Source: a virus
Strand: one strand, 5' to 3'
DNA: 64,000 nt
Virus record (IMG/VR): IMGVR_UViG_3300028025_000091
Coordinates: 109,790 to 173,789 of that record
Positions 47,810 through 57,357 of the stretch are shown here, piece after piece. The translations under genes and the position numbers were made by a program. The first letter of the stretch is position 1; every line of letters begins with the position of its first letter. A model generated the notes under the pieces. The model ran no database searches. It was not told the origin of the DNA and was given only the letters and a program-made list of their open reading frames with translations.

Positions 47810-48651
47810 AAAGTTGCATAGTTTTTGCATGTACCATCATATCAGAACCTCGATTAATAGTATTGCATCGGTTTTTACAAACATTTCAACAACATTTTTC
47901 AGACAGTGACTTATTTATTGGAATTAATCCAAATAGTTTAGATGAAGTTGAAACTATTATAGATTCCTATGATCTAAATATTAAGTTTATACAACGATGT
48001 CCTGATGAATTGTATGCACATAGTGATGCATCTGCATATCAAATAGCTTTAAAGGGGTTAAAAGAATGGGGTGTTGAATATGAAAATTATTGGTTTATAC
48101 ATACTAAAAGTGGTGTAAATGAACATAGTAATTATTTACGAGAATGGTATATTGATAATTTTTTAGCAAACCGTATTCCTATTGAAAAATTTATAAATGA
48201 AAATCAAGATATAGGTTCATATGGTATGTTAGGATTAGCTTATGATGAAAATAAATCATATGGTGATACAGATGTTGAAATTGATATTTTTAAAAACGTT
48301 ATAACAGATGATTTACCTTTTACACATTCTCACTTTTTTTATATCCACTCATTATATGTAATTAATAAAAAACCTATACATAAATTTCTAAATTTAATAA
48401 CAGATAAATGGTTTAATACTAAGTTGGACCGTTATTATTTTGAAGGTGTTTTTCCATTTATAGTCTCCCGATCAGGATACTTTCCTTATATTGAAAATCA
48501 ATTTGATTGTTCTTATAATGATTTAACACCAAAAATCACTGAATGGATTGAAGTTAATAAATTAGAAAAGTATGAAAAATACAATAATATATTTAAAACA
48601 AATTTTACATTTAATCAATTAAATCCCCCATATGTTAATAGCAACTCTTAA
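47806..48651 (+). CDS. Hypothetical glycan-synthesis protein
   Basis: FIHTKS and RYYFE motifs; located in the GT island. Confidence 0.5.
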   Translation: MKSCIVFACTIISEPRLIVLHRFLQTFQQHFSDSDLFIGINPNSLDEVETIIDSYDLNIKFIQRCPDELYAHSDASAYQIALKGLKEWGVEYENYWFIHTKSGVNEHSNYLREWYIDNFLANRIPIEKFINENQDIGSYGMLGLAYDENKSYGDTDVEIDIFKNVITDDLPFTHSHFFYIHSLYVINKKPIHKFLNLITDKWFNTKLDRYYFEGVFPFIVSRSGYFPYIENQFDCSYNDLTPKITEWIEVNKLEKYEKYNNIFKTNFTFNQLNPPYVNSNS

Positions 48652-49354
48652 CCATAATCTCCCCCAGTGGACTGATAATTTGGTAAATCAATTAAAACGA
48701 GACCCATTATTTTCTGAATGTGAATTGATGGTAGTAGATAATGGTTCAAAAGAATCTTTAGCTCAATCAACAACTCACCAACTAGAAGAAAATATATTTT
48801 TTGGTGGTGGTTTTAATGTTGTATTAGATTATTTTCTTTCAACAGATCATGATTACTTATATTTTTTAAATAATGATCTAGTATTTCATGGTCCATCATT
48901 TTTAACTACTTCATTACGTGAAGCAAAAGAATCAGATGCCGCTGTTTATTCCCCAACAGTTGTAAACGCTTCAATGGAACAATGCCATTGGAAACAAATG
49001 TGGAATTGGGGTCAAGGATTACGTAAAGTAAAATGGATTGATTTCCAATCCCCTCTACTTAGACGAGATATCCTAGAAAAAATCCAATATTTCCCAGATG
49101 AATTAATTTATGGATGGGGTTTAGATTTTTACGCAGGATGTATTTCAGAACAAGAAGGATTAAATACTATTGTATCTGATACAAATACTATAACACATAT
49201 GAATTCTTTAACATTTAAAGAAAATAAAATTAATATTGGAGTAAGTGAATTCTGTCAAAGAGCAGATCAAAATATGAGCCAATATTTTTGGAAATCGGAA
49301 TTCAATTCATTATATTTAGACTTAAGAAAATACGGAGAAAACTATACAATATGA
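48632..49354 (+). CDS. Glycosyltransferase family 2
   Basis: VVDNGS, FLNND, GWGLD. Confidence 0.85.
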   Translation: MLIATLNHNLPQWTDNLVNQLKRDPLFSECELMVVDNGSKESLAQSTTHQLEENIFFGGGFNVVLDYFLSTDHDYLYFLNNDLVFHGPSFLTTSLREAKESDAAVYSPTVVNASMEQCHWKQMWNWGQGLRKVKWIDFQSPLLRRDILEKIQYFPDELIYGWGLDFYAGCISEQEGLNTIVSDTNTITHMNSLTFKENKINIGVSEFCQRADQNMSQYFWKSEFNSLYLDLRKYGENYTI

Positions 49355-50496
49355 TATCATTTATTATTCCAAGTTATAATAACTTAAAACACCTAAAAAA
49401 CGTTTACGCAAGTATTCAAAAACATGCTCCACAAGCTGAAGTTATCTTATTAGATGATGGTTCAACAGATGGAACACAAGATTGGATTCAACAACAAGAT
49501 TGTATCAAATATAGAAGTGAAGAACGAGTTGGTCATACTATATTATATGACAAAGGTATTGAAATGGCTACAAATGAAATAGTAGGTATTTTACATGCTG
49601 ATATGATTTTAGGTCCTAACTACATTGAAAACTTAATTAAACATTTAGAACCAGGTAAAGTAGTATGTGCAACCCGAATCGAACCACCTTTACATCCAGA
49701 AGGTAAAGAAAAAATCATCCGAGATTTTGGAATGGATTTTGATACACTGGATATAGAAGCATTTGAACAATTTGTTTTAGAATCCCAAACAGAATTCCAA
49801 GACCAAACCACTAAAGGGATGTTTGCACCTTGGATCCTTTATAAATCAGATTTTCAAGCAATAGGCGGACACGATCCATTATTTGCTCCATTCCCATATG
49901 AAGATTCAGATATTTTTCAACGTTGGATTTTAGCTGGATATGAATTAATTCAATCACGAGATGCGTTTGTTTACCATTTAACTTGTAGAGGGCATAGATG
50001 GAATGAACAAATAGGTAAAGATGATGATTACTATAAAATAGTATCAGAACGAGCAGGAAAAAATTATTTACGTAAATGGGGAAGTTGGATCAAAAATGAT
50101 GAATACCAATATCCTATCATTTTACCAAAATATAATATTGCTTTTGTAGTAAAAAACTGTAGTGGGAATATATTAGAAGCTTTAGAAACTTGGTGTGACC
50201 GTATTTATATTGAAAATCAAGATACAGTTGATACTTATATTGGTAAAGAACAACCTAATACCAAGTTTGATTTAACCAAACGAGTATTTACTTTAACTAA
50301 TAATACCCCAGAATGGGAAAATGATATAGTAATTGAATTTGATGCTACCCAACTTACTCCACAAAATTTCCAATTATTGACTCAAATGCCTATCATCATT
50401 AAAGATAGTGGTGAAATTGGTGAATTTGAATTAGATATTTTTAAAGTAGTAATTAGTCATTTAGAAGAATATCAAAATAATTTAATCAAATTATGA
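49351..50496 (+). CDS. Glycosyltransferase family 2 with C-terminal extension
   Basis: ISFIIPSYN, DDGSTDGT, HAD, YEDSD. Confidence 0.9.
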   Translation: MISFIIPSYNNLKHLKNVYASIQKHAPQAEVILLDDGSTDGTQDWIQQQDCIKYRSEERVGHTILYDKGIEMATNEIVGILHADMILGPNYIENLIKHLEPGKVVCATRIEPPLHPEGKEKIIRDFGMDFDTLDIEAFEQFVLESQTEFQDQTTKGMFAPWILYKSDFQAIGGHDPLFAPFPYEDSDIFQRWILAGYELIQSRDAFVYHLTCRGHRWNEQIGKDDDYYKIVSERAGKNYLRKWGSWIKNDEYQYPIILPKYNIAFVVKNCSGNILEALETWCDRIYIENQDTVDTYIGKEQPNTKFDLTKRVFTLTNNTPEWENDIVIEFDATQLTPQNFQLLTQMPIIIKDSGEIGEFELDIFKVVISHLEEYQNNLIKL

Positions 50497-50669
50497 AACC
50501 ATACATCTATTATAGCAAACTTGATTCTAAAAAAGAACCACAAGGTAAATTTAGCGCTATTGATTTAGAGGATGCAATTGAAATTGCAGCACATATTAAG
50601 CAGATGTCTATAGAGGATTTTTTAACAGTATTTACAATCGAGGAATGGAAGAAAAATTCAAAAAAATAA
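50493..50669 (+). CDS. Small hypothetical protein (58 aa, not in ORF track)
   Basis: ATGA overlap with the upstream stop; fills the gap. Confidence 0.5.
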   Translation: MKPYIYYSKLDSKKEPQGKFSAIDLEDAIEIAAHIKQMSIEDFLTVFTIEEWKKNSKK

Positions 50670-51022
50670 GTGAAATATTGGGCTCCAAGGTAATAGTAGA
50701 AGAAAACCCCAAATCAGCCAAAAAGAAAGATGAACGGTTTTTTATGACATTAGTAGAGCAATTATGTCAGATGGAAGCAGCCACCGCTTTATTATCATCT
50801 GTAGGTGTCTCAATAGATAACCATGAAAACCCAATATTCAAATCACTTGAAATGTTAATGAACGAACATTATGGTGAAATGAAAACAGCAATTATCCTAT
50901 GGTGGGTATTTGATAGTTTAACCCCAGATGGAGATGTTTATCCGTTAGTTGATGAGGAAGGAAAATCACACATAATTAAAACACCCACTCAACTATACAA
51001 ATTTATAAAAAAATATGACTGA
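50645..51022 (+). CDS. Hypothetical protein
   Basis: 125-aa ORF. Confidence 0.6.
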   Translation: MEEKFKKISEILGSKVIVEENPKSAKKKDERFFMTLVEQLCQMEAATALLSSVGVSIDNHENPIFKSLEMLMNEHYGEMKTAIILWWVFDSLTPDGDVYPLVDEEGKSHIIKTPTQLYKFIKKYD

Positions 51023-51332
51023 AGAAAGAAAATGTATCAAATGTAAAGAGGCAATCAACCCATTACGTTTGAAAGCACTACCAACAGCAAAAACCTGTGT
51101 TGAATGTTCAACTACAGGAGCAAAACGAGGAGTACCAATGATGTATGGTGAAAAAGACCACACGTGGACAGACATGGTAATCATGGAACCTGAAGAGTTT
51201 GATCGATTTGAAAAACTAAACAAACAAAAATCATCATTTGATGTGTTAGATAAAACAGAATTGAATACCGATGGTGATGACGATATGGATGTTTGGGACA
51301 ATACATTACTAGACGGATTAGAGGATTTGTAA
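51015..51332 (+). CDS. DksA/TraR-type C4 zinc-finger protein
   Basis: CIKCKEAI...RL.ALP....CVEC. Confidence 0.8.
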   Translation: MTEERKCIKCKEAINPLRLKALPTAKTCVECSTTGAKRGVPMMYGEKDHTWTDMVIMEPEEFDRFEKLNKQKSSFDVLDKTELNTDGDDDMDVWDNTLLDGLEDL

Positions 51333-51986
51333 ATGGCACACCCAAAACCCATATCAAAAGAGGACTGTCTACGAGCAATGAAACAAACCCGCTCAATTAA
51401 AGCGGCTGCTCGTTACTTAAACTGTTCATATCAACATTTGAAACCGTTTATGAAAGCCTACAAGGATGATGAAACTGGTATATCATTGTTTGATATGCAT
51501 AAAAATCAAAGTGGTAAGGGTATCCCAAAATTTATGAGCAATGCCCCATTTGGTAGAAAGCATCCCGCAATTGAGGATGTTGTCAATGGAAATGCAGACG
51601 CCTCATCATTCACCCCAGATAAACTAAAGTTTAAAATGGTTGAGGCCGGTTACATGATTGAACAATGTTACTGGTGCAGTTATGATGAACGAAGGGAATC
51701 GGATGGTAAATCCCCATTGATCATGTTCTTTAAAGACGGCAACAAACACAACTATCGTGATGGAAACTGTCAATTATCATGCTATAACTGCTATTTTCTG
51801 CGCTTAGGAAACGTGTTTACTGAGCGTGACATGGAGTCATTGGAAGGTCATCAAACCGTTTATAAAACGACTGAAATGGTTGATTTCCAAATGGATGAAT
51901 ATCAAAAACGCAAGTTACAAGAACTTGGTTTATGGGAGACAAAAGTAGAAGACGACCCATACTCTTTAGTTTCAAGAAAAAAGTAA
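51333..51986 (+). CDS. HNH-like zinc-binding protein with N-terminal HTH
   Basis: SIKAAARYL; CYWC...KDGN..N....N.QL.CYNC. Confidence 0.6.
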   Translation: MAHPKPISKEDCLRAMKQTRSIKAAARYLNCSYQHLKPFMKAYKDDETGISLFDMHKNQSGKGIPKFMSNAPFGRKHPAIEDVVNGNADASSFTPDKLKFKMVEAGYMIEQCYWCSYDERRESDGKSPLIMFFKDGNKHNYRDGNCQLSCYNCYFLRLGNVFTERDMESLEGHQTVYKTTEMVDFQMDEYQKRKLQELGLWETKVEDDPYSLVSRKK

Positions 51987-52042
51987 TATTTATCATCGAG
52001 ATTTGCTGCGAAAAGGTTGGATTTTGTCATATGTATAATAAA

Positions 52043-52732
52043 ATGACAAAAATATATTTAGTTGAAAACTGTTTTGGGGATTCTAATAAAGTTTATATAG
52101 GAAAAACTATTTCTTCTAGAAAAAAAGAACATGTAAAAACATATGGAGAAAAAATTATTTATACTTTTATAGATGAAATTGATAGTTTTGATAAAAAACT
52201 ATGGAAACCCCTAGAAACATATTGGATAGAACAATTTAGACAGTGGGGATTTGAAGTGGTAAATAAAAATGCTGGGGGAGGTGGTGTGGAATTCATGTCT
52301 TTTGAATCTAAACTGAAAATGAAAAAACCAAAACCAAATGGATTTGGAGATACCACTTCCAAGAGACTTTTGGGAACCAAACAAACCCCAGAAACCATAG
52401 AAAAGAGAAGGGTTCAGTTAATAGGTAAAAAAAGAACCCCGGAACAAAAACAAACACTCCGGGAATCCTTTAAGGGAAGAATTTTTAGTGAAGAAAGAAA
52501 TAAAAAAATTGGCGATGCACAAAGAGGTATCCCTCAACCAAAATCACCTGAACTTATAGCTAAACTAAAAAAACCCATATGTCAATACGATAAACAAGGT
52601 AATTTTATTCAAGAATGGGAGAGTGCTACGGATGCTGCTTTAAAATATGGCTCAACAACAACTATCCAAAATGCCTTGAAAGAAAGAAGATGTAAGACAG
52701 CTTATGGTTTTATTTGGAAATATAAAAATTAA
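52043..52732 (+). CDS. GIY-YIG homing endonuclease with NUMOD motifs
   Basis: KIYL...VYIGKT, ETIEKR, QYDKQG...TAYGFIWK; paralog of 9026-9607. Confidence 0.8.
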   Translation: MTKIYLVENCFGDSNKVYIGKTISSRKKEHVKTYGEKIIYTFIDEIDSFDKKLWKPLETYWIEQFRQWGFEVVNKNAGGGGVEFMSFESKLKMKKPKPNGFGDTTSKRLLGTKQTPETIEKRRVQLIGKKRTPEQKQTLRESFKGRIFSEERNKKIGDAQRGIPQPKSPELIAKLKKPICQYDKQGNFIQEWESATDAALKYGSTTTIQNALKERRCKTAYGFIWKYKN

Positions 52733-52764
52733 TTATTACATTCATATCAATATTTATAAGTGAA

Positions 52765-52920
52765 ATGAAGCAAAAAAAACATTCTAGATTAGTCAAAGAC
52801 TACGATAAGCAGAAGGAGAAACACCTAGAGCGTTTGGCTACTAAAATGCTAGAGAACGACGAAAAGCTTAGTAAATTAAAGGGAAAGAACATAAATACAA
52901 ACTTTTTAGATTTATTTTGA
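52765..52920 (+). CDS. Small basic hypothetical protein (51 aa)
   Basis: Follows AATATTTATAA; abuts the next ORF. Confidence 0.5.
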   Translation: MKQKKHSRLVKDYDKQKEKHLERLATKMLENDEKLSKLKGKNINTNFLDLF

Positions 52921-52921
52921 T

Positions 52922-53227
52922 ATGGCAACAGAGATTAGTGTATTTGATAGCGATGAATTTGAAGAGTTAGTTGCACAACGTGATTTGAGAATATCTAAAG
53001 CGTTAGTAGAAACAATTTTAAAAAATTTAAAAGGCAGAAAACGCCACCTACATGCACTATCAGTATTGATAGAGCAAGACCAAACTATTTACGACATAAC
53101 AATTGACAGACAAGAATTTGTTCACACATTGGAACAAAACCTACCAATTTATGAAAAACATGAGTTGTATGAGGGGTGTCAAGAAATAGTAAATGCAATC
53201 AAGTTTTTAAAAGAAAAACAAAAATAA
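52922..53227 (+). CDS. Hypothetical protein
   Basis: 101-aa ORF. Confidence 0.6.
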   Translation: MATEISVFDSDEFEELVAQRDLRISKALVETILKNLKGRKRHLHALSVLIEQDQTIYDITIDRQEFVHTLEQNLPIYEKHELYEGCQEIVNAIKFLKEKQK

Positions 53228-53257
53228 TTTGGTTACCTGATCTTTTGTTCGTATATT
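53228..53257 (+). promoter_or_regulatory. Early-type promoter TTTGG-N-TTCGTATATT
   Basis: Exact TTCGTATATT also at 56009, 58198, 58458, 58732, 59615, 60372, 61461, 62436; variants at 1856, 4844, 7028, 21091, 25509, 26294. Confidence 0.7.
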
Positions 53258-53274
53258 CAAGCAAATAAAAGGTT

Positions 53275-53727
53275 ATGAGTTTAAAGGAATTAAAAATAGT
53301 TTATGAAGATGGTACAAAGTATACAAAAATTGTTCATAACAGTAATGCTAGTATTAAACCTAGACGTGACCGAATTAGACACTGCGAGTGTGGACCTTTC
53401 AAATACAAAGTAGAAAAACACGCTTATCTATGTGTCTCGATTGTTAAATTTGGGAACAAATACATGATCATGCCCGCAGGTGTTCCATGCATCCCAGAAA
53501 CAACATTGAATGATATTGAAGTAATAGACAATAAGAAACCAAAAGTAGTAGTTGAAAAACCACAAAGGCAACAATGGATGTTTGAATCATCAAGTGGTGA
53601 TGGTTTTTATCAAGTAACTGAAAATATGGGCAAGCTAAAATGCAATTGTCCTGGAACATGGAGAGCAAAAGACAGACGTTGTAAACATATAAAAGAAGTA
53701 GAACAAGAACTAAATAAAACAAAATGA
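53275..53727 (+). CDS. SWIM zinc-finger protein
   Basis: Y.V......CNCPG.......CKH. Confidence 0.75.
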   Translation: MSLKELKIVYEDGTKYTKIVHNSNASIKPRRDRIRHCECGPFKYKVEKHAYLCVSIVKFGNKYMIMPAGVPCIPETTLNDIEVIDNKKPKVVVEKPQRQQWMFESSSGDGFYQVTENMGKLKCNCPGTWRAKDRRCKHIKEVEQELNKTK

Positions 53728-54006
53728 GCAAATCAAGCGCAAAGCAAAAAGTAGAACAGTTAAAGGATTGGTTAAGTTGGATTACATTCCAAGCAAAAAA
53801 GACCAACAAACGTAAATAAAAAAACGCTGATGTTCTGATTAGGCATCGAAGAGCAGTACCGGTAGCTCCGAGCAGGTTAAGCGTGCCCTGCATCATTAAA
53901 ACACATAAACTCAAGTACCCATACCGCAAACGTAGGGTTAAATAAGATACAATTTCGTGCTATCCATTGTGTAGGGGCGGGAAGTAGAATGCTTGAGAGT
54001 GTGGTT

Positions 54007-54091
54007 AGTCAGGTGGTGTAATTGGTAACACGGTCCTAATTTAATATGGTGCATACCAGGGCTAGTACAGGTTCGAATCCTGTCCTGACTA
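54007..54091 (+). ncRNA. tRNA-like RNA with an expanded 20-nt anticodon loop
   Basis: Acceptor AGTCAGG/CCTGACT, D arm GTGT/ACAC, stem GTCCT/AGGGC, T arm ACAGG-TTCGAAT-CCTGT. Confidence 0.7.
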
Positions 54092-54096
54092 CAATT

Positions 54097-54170
54097 GGTC
54101 TTTTAGCTCAGTAGGTTAGAGCAACTGACTCATAATCAGTAGGTGCTAGGTTCGAGCCCTAGAAGGACCA
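54097..54170 (+). tRNA. tRNA with CAT anticodon (Ile2-like or elongator Met)
   Basis: Full cloverleaf GGTCTTT/AAGGACC, ACTGA-CTCATAA-TCAGT, TTCGA loop; CCA not encoded. Confidence 0.92.
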
Positions 54171-54342
54171 CGAACAGTACCTACCACGCTACCCATTAGA
54201 ACAGCGCCCCAGGGTAGGTCTTTTCGTTATTGGGAAGTTGGGAAGATTTATAGGTGTAAACGCGTTACCTCTATAAACACCCATATAACCACTAACACCC
54301 CCAGATAAGACTATTTGATCAATAGAAACTGCCTGGGTTTAT

Positions 54343-54415
54343 TGTCCTATGGTGTAATTGGCAACACGTCTGGTTTTGGTCCAGAAGAGTCGAGGTTCGA
54401 GCCCTTGTGGGACAA
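54343..54415 (+). tRNA. tRNA-Gln(TTG)
   Basis: TGTCCTA/TGGGACA, TCTGG-TTTTGGT-CCAGA, TTCGA loop. Confidence 0.93.
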
Positions 54416-54436
54416 CTAATTTTAAAAAATAGTTAT

Positions 54437-54607
54437 ATGTTGCTTATTACAGGATTTCTTTGCCTAGCAATGGCAGGGATGATGATTTTAGTTGGTCATT
54501 TGATAAACCGAATAAATCGTTTAGAATACTTAATTGAGGATATGAATCATGATTTGAACATGATCGCTCACACTAAAAAGAATGAAAAACAAATTTTAAA
54601 AGGGTAG
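54437..54607 (+). CDS. Small membrane protein
   Basis: Start moved out of tRNA-Gln to the ATG after TAGTTAT; hydrophobic N-terminus. Confidence 0.55.
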   Translation: MLLITGFLCLAMAGMMILVGHLINRINRLEYLIEDMNHDLNMIAHTKKNEKQILKG

Positions 54608-54626
54608 GCTTTCGCCTACCTTTTTT
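54603..54626 (+). terminator. Rho-independent terminator
   Basis: GGTAGGC-TTTC-GCCTACC + T6. Confidence 0.85.
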
Positions 54627-54745
54627 GTATATTTATCTAAAACAAGGAATATGAAAAAAGATGAAGTTCAAACTCTTGTTATAGTGTTAAGCATATTTGT
54701 CACAATTGGTCTCTTAACATTATTACTTAGTTAAATCAAAACCAA

Positions 54746-55456
54746 ATGAAGGTTACATTAATTTCAGACACTCATACAAAACACAACCAACTCAATGGTG
54801 ACTTACCAGGAGGTGATTTGTTAATTCATGCTGGTGACTTCATGAACTCAGGTTATTATAAAACAGAAGCTATTGAATTTTTCAATTGGTTCAAAGCGAT
54901 TGATAACTATACTGATAAGATATTCATTGCAGGAAACCATGATCGTATAATGCAAGATGAACCTGAATGGGCTAAAAGTTATTTAACTGATTATAAAACA
55001 ATTGATTATTTACAAGACGAACAAGTTACATTATACTTTGATGGGATGAACGGAGATCATCCGGAAGATAATGTTCGCATCTATGGTTCACCTTGGCAAC
55101 CGGAATTTCATAATTGGGCATTCAACTTACCTCGCAATGGTGAGGAAATGAAAGCAAAATGGGATGCTATTCCAACCAACACAGATATCTTAATCACACA
55201 TGGTCCTCCATTTGGTTACCAAGATATACCAGGTGGGCATAGTATACGAGTTGGATGTGAAATGTTACGTTATCGAGTAGATGAAATTAAACCAAAAATT
55301 CATGTATTTGGACATATTCATGGTGGTTATGGTCACTATTACAATGGGCATACACATTTCTTTAATGCCGCCATATTAAATGAGCGATACAATTATTCAC
55401 ATTTACCATTCACGTTTGAATGGGATCCAATAACAAATGAAATAACTTGGTTATGA
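54746..55456 (+). CDS. Calcineurin-like metallophosphoesterase
   Basis: DTH, HAGD, GNHD, THGPP, GHIH. Confidence 0.92.
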   Translation: MKVTLISDTHTKHNQLNGDLPGGDLLIHAGDFMNSGYYKTEAIEFFNWFKAIDNYTDKIFIAGNHDRIMQDEPEWAKSYLTDYKTIDYLQDEQVTLYFDGMNGDHPEDNVRIYGSPWQPEFHNWAFNLPRNGEEMKAKWDAIPTNTDILITHGPPFGYQDIPGGHSIRVGCEMLRYRVDEIKPKIHVFGHIHGGYGHYYNGHTHFFNAAILNERYNYSHLPFTFEWDPITNEITWL

Positions 55457-55698
55457 AACAAACAGTAATGCTTCGGGTTCTAGACAAAGACCCATACAAA
55501 AAAGTAGTTGAAATTGACTTTAAATCATTTCAATTCAAATACCGATTAGGTAAAGAAGTAATAGGCACAATGGATGGAATCAGAGTAGCAATGTGTGTAG
55601 AGGATTATGATGCTGCTTTAAAAGAACAACGTGAACATGCACTCACCGAAATGGTAAGATTAGATCAAGAATTAGGTTTATATAATATAGAAGAATAA
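55453..55698 (+). CDS. Hypothetical protein
   Basis: ATGA-coupled ORF. Confidence 0.55.
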   Translation: MKQTVMLRVLDKDPYKKVVEIDFKSFQFKYRLGKEVIGTMDGIRVAMCVEDYDAALKEQREHALTEMVRLDQELGLYNIEE

Positions 55699-56063
55699 TG
55701 ATAGGAGGAACACAACCAAAAGTATCACTCACACAAGATGTAAACGATGTTTTACACATGAGTCCAGAACTAACAGAAGCACTTGGTTTAACAGAAAGTG
55801 AATTTAACTGGAGATTAGTTAGAGAAGGAGATGGTTTAAACAAAAAATCCAAAGCAATAATTTGGTTAGAATGGAATGAAGATGGTACATTTAATTCAAA
55901 ACATGATAAACCAGCAATTGGTCGTTCATTACTTATGTCTCCATTCAACCATTTTTATACTTGGCAAACAACAACTATTAAAGAAATCCTTGACTCCACA
56001 GAAGATCTTTCGTATATTAAATTCAAAACAAGGAATAGTATTTACGAATTATTTAAGTTATGA
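55698..56063 (+). CDS. Hypothetical protein
   Basis: 121-aa ORF. Confidence 0.6.
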   Translation: MIGGTQPKVSLTQDVNDVLHMSPELTEALGLTESEFNWRLVREGDGLNKKSKAIIWLEWNEDGTFNSKHDKPAIGRSLLMSPFNHFYTWQTTTIKEILDSTEDLSYIKFKTRNSIYELFKL

Positions 56064-56359
56064 AAAAACAAAATTATTACTACATTTTACACATTTTAGC
56101 AGGTATTACAATTGGATATTTATTGTTTTCATGCAAAGCCAATAAAGCAAGTTGCGATGCGTATTCTAGATTTTATCAATTTCGCATTGAAGGAAAAGTA
56201 ATACATGAAGGTGATACATGTGATGCAATAGCATATACAAATGAGTACCTAACAACAGACGATAGTGTATTTTATTTCAATTCAAACAACCGAATTCAAA
56301 CCATTTTACCCCCATACACAATCTATGAATGTACACGAGAGCAAAGGACGTCCAACTGA
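56060..56359 (+). CDS. Putative lipoprotein
   Basis: Hydrophobic N-terminus ending LFSC. Confidence 0.55.
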   Translation: MKKQNYYYILHILAGITIGYLLFSCKANKASCDAYSRFYQFRIEGKVIHEGDTCDAIAYTNEYLTTDDSVFYFNSNNRIQTILPPYTIYECTREQRTSN

Positions 56360-56558
56360 GAAAAAATTACCAGTAGTAGTTGTTTACAAAAAACCTACAG
56401 GTAAAAAACACTATATGTTGATTACAGAACATGAAATAGATGTTATTTTGAACCCATCTAAACGTAAACCATTCATCCCAGACAATTATGAAATAGTTGA
56501 TTTAGGTGTAGGTGAATCGTTTATTAAAACATTTAAAAAACAATACGACATCAAATGA
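56325..56558 (+). CDS. Hypothetical protein
   Basis: Start at MNVHES; contains KGRP. Confidence 0.5.
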   Translation: MNVHESKGRPTEKKLPVVVVYKKPTGKKHYMLITEHEIDVILNPSKRKPFIPDNYEIVDLGVGESFIKTFKKQYDIK

Positions 56559-56788
56559 TGAAAATCGACCAAGAAGAATTTAATCGCAAAACACAACATA
56601 TCCTCGACACGGTTGTAAAACCACAGGTTGAGAAATATGAAAAAGCCAAAGCAGATGGGGAACTCATTCCAAAACCAAGACAAATAGGAGCCGCTGGATT
56701 TTTATATGATGAGTACTTTTTAGACCGTTTATTTAAAGCAGTCATGGTACCAAGAGAATATTTAGGTAAAAAAGAAGAAGAACAATGA
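56555..56788 (+). CDS. Hypothetical protein
   Basis: Ends KEEEQ in a 2-mismatch copy of the cassette junction. Confidence 0.55.
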   Translation: MMKIDQEEFNRKTQHILDTVVKPQVEKYEKAKADGELIPKPRQIGAAGFLYDEYFLDRLFKAVMVPREYLGKKEEEQ

Positions 56789-57018
56789 GTTTCTATAGAC
56801 ACAACGACAAACTATACATTATCAAAAGACAAATCCGAATAGCAGATTTCACAGATAAAGAAGGTAAAGTCGATTTAGACTTGGTTAAGGAAGGAAGAGA
56901 TAGTATATTTAAAGTAGATCACGTATTACGAAATGAAACACATTTTTTATTTGCTGAAACGATTCCGGATGTGGAATTTGAAATGGTGGAAGAAACACAT
57001 AGCGGACACAGTGCCTGA
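56785..57018 (+). CDS. Hypothetical protein
   Basis: ATGA-coupled ORF. Confidence 0.55.
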   Translation: MSFYRHNDKLYIIKRQIRIADFTDKEGKVDLDLVKEGRDSIFKVDHVLRNETHFLFAETIPDVEFEMVEETHSGHSA

Positions 57019-57039
57019 ACATTTAAATGATATATTTTA

Positions 57040-57357
57040 ATGAAAACTAAACTATTAAAAAAACTACGTAAACGATTTTCTTGGAAATGTGTGCAGAAAG
57101 ATTGCGGAGGGATAATGATGGACCGGTGGGTTTTGCTTAATAATGATCAACATATTATTACAACGTATGCTAGTACCGAACGATTATTATATAGCATGTT
57201 AGACTACAATGCAGAATACGGCTTTGCTTATTGGAACAAGCTTCTACACACTCATGTAAACAAAATGATGCGACGAGAGTTTGACCGACATGGTAATAAC
57301 CCAATGGGCAGACAAGCTCCACCACCTCCACCATTTAATAGAAGGGCAATTATATGA
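57040..57357 (+). CDS. Hypothetical protein
   Basis: MKTKLLKKLRK start. Confidence 0.55.
   Translation: MKTKLLKKLRKRFSWKCVQKDCGGIMMDRWVLLNNDQHIITTYASTERLLYSMLDYNAEYGFAYWNKLLHTHVNKMMRREFDRHGNNPMGRQAPPPPPFNRRAII

Noticed and set aside
53826-53895. Possible hammerhead ribozyme (CTGATG...GAA)
   Set aside because: The core CUGAnGA/GAAA consensus is not met.
56771-56788. AAAGAAGAAGAACAATGA as a fourth cassette cluster
   Set aside because: A single 2-mismatch copy with no neighbouring junction; could be a relic or chance.
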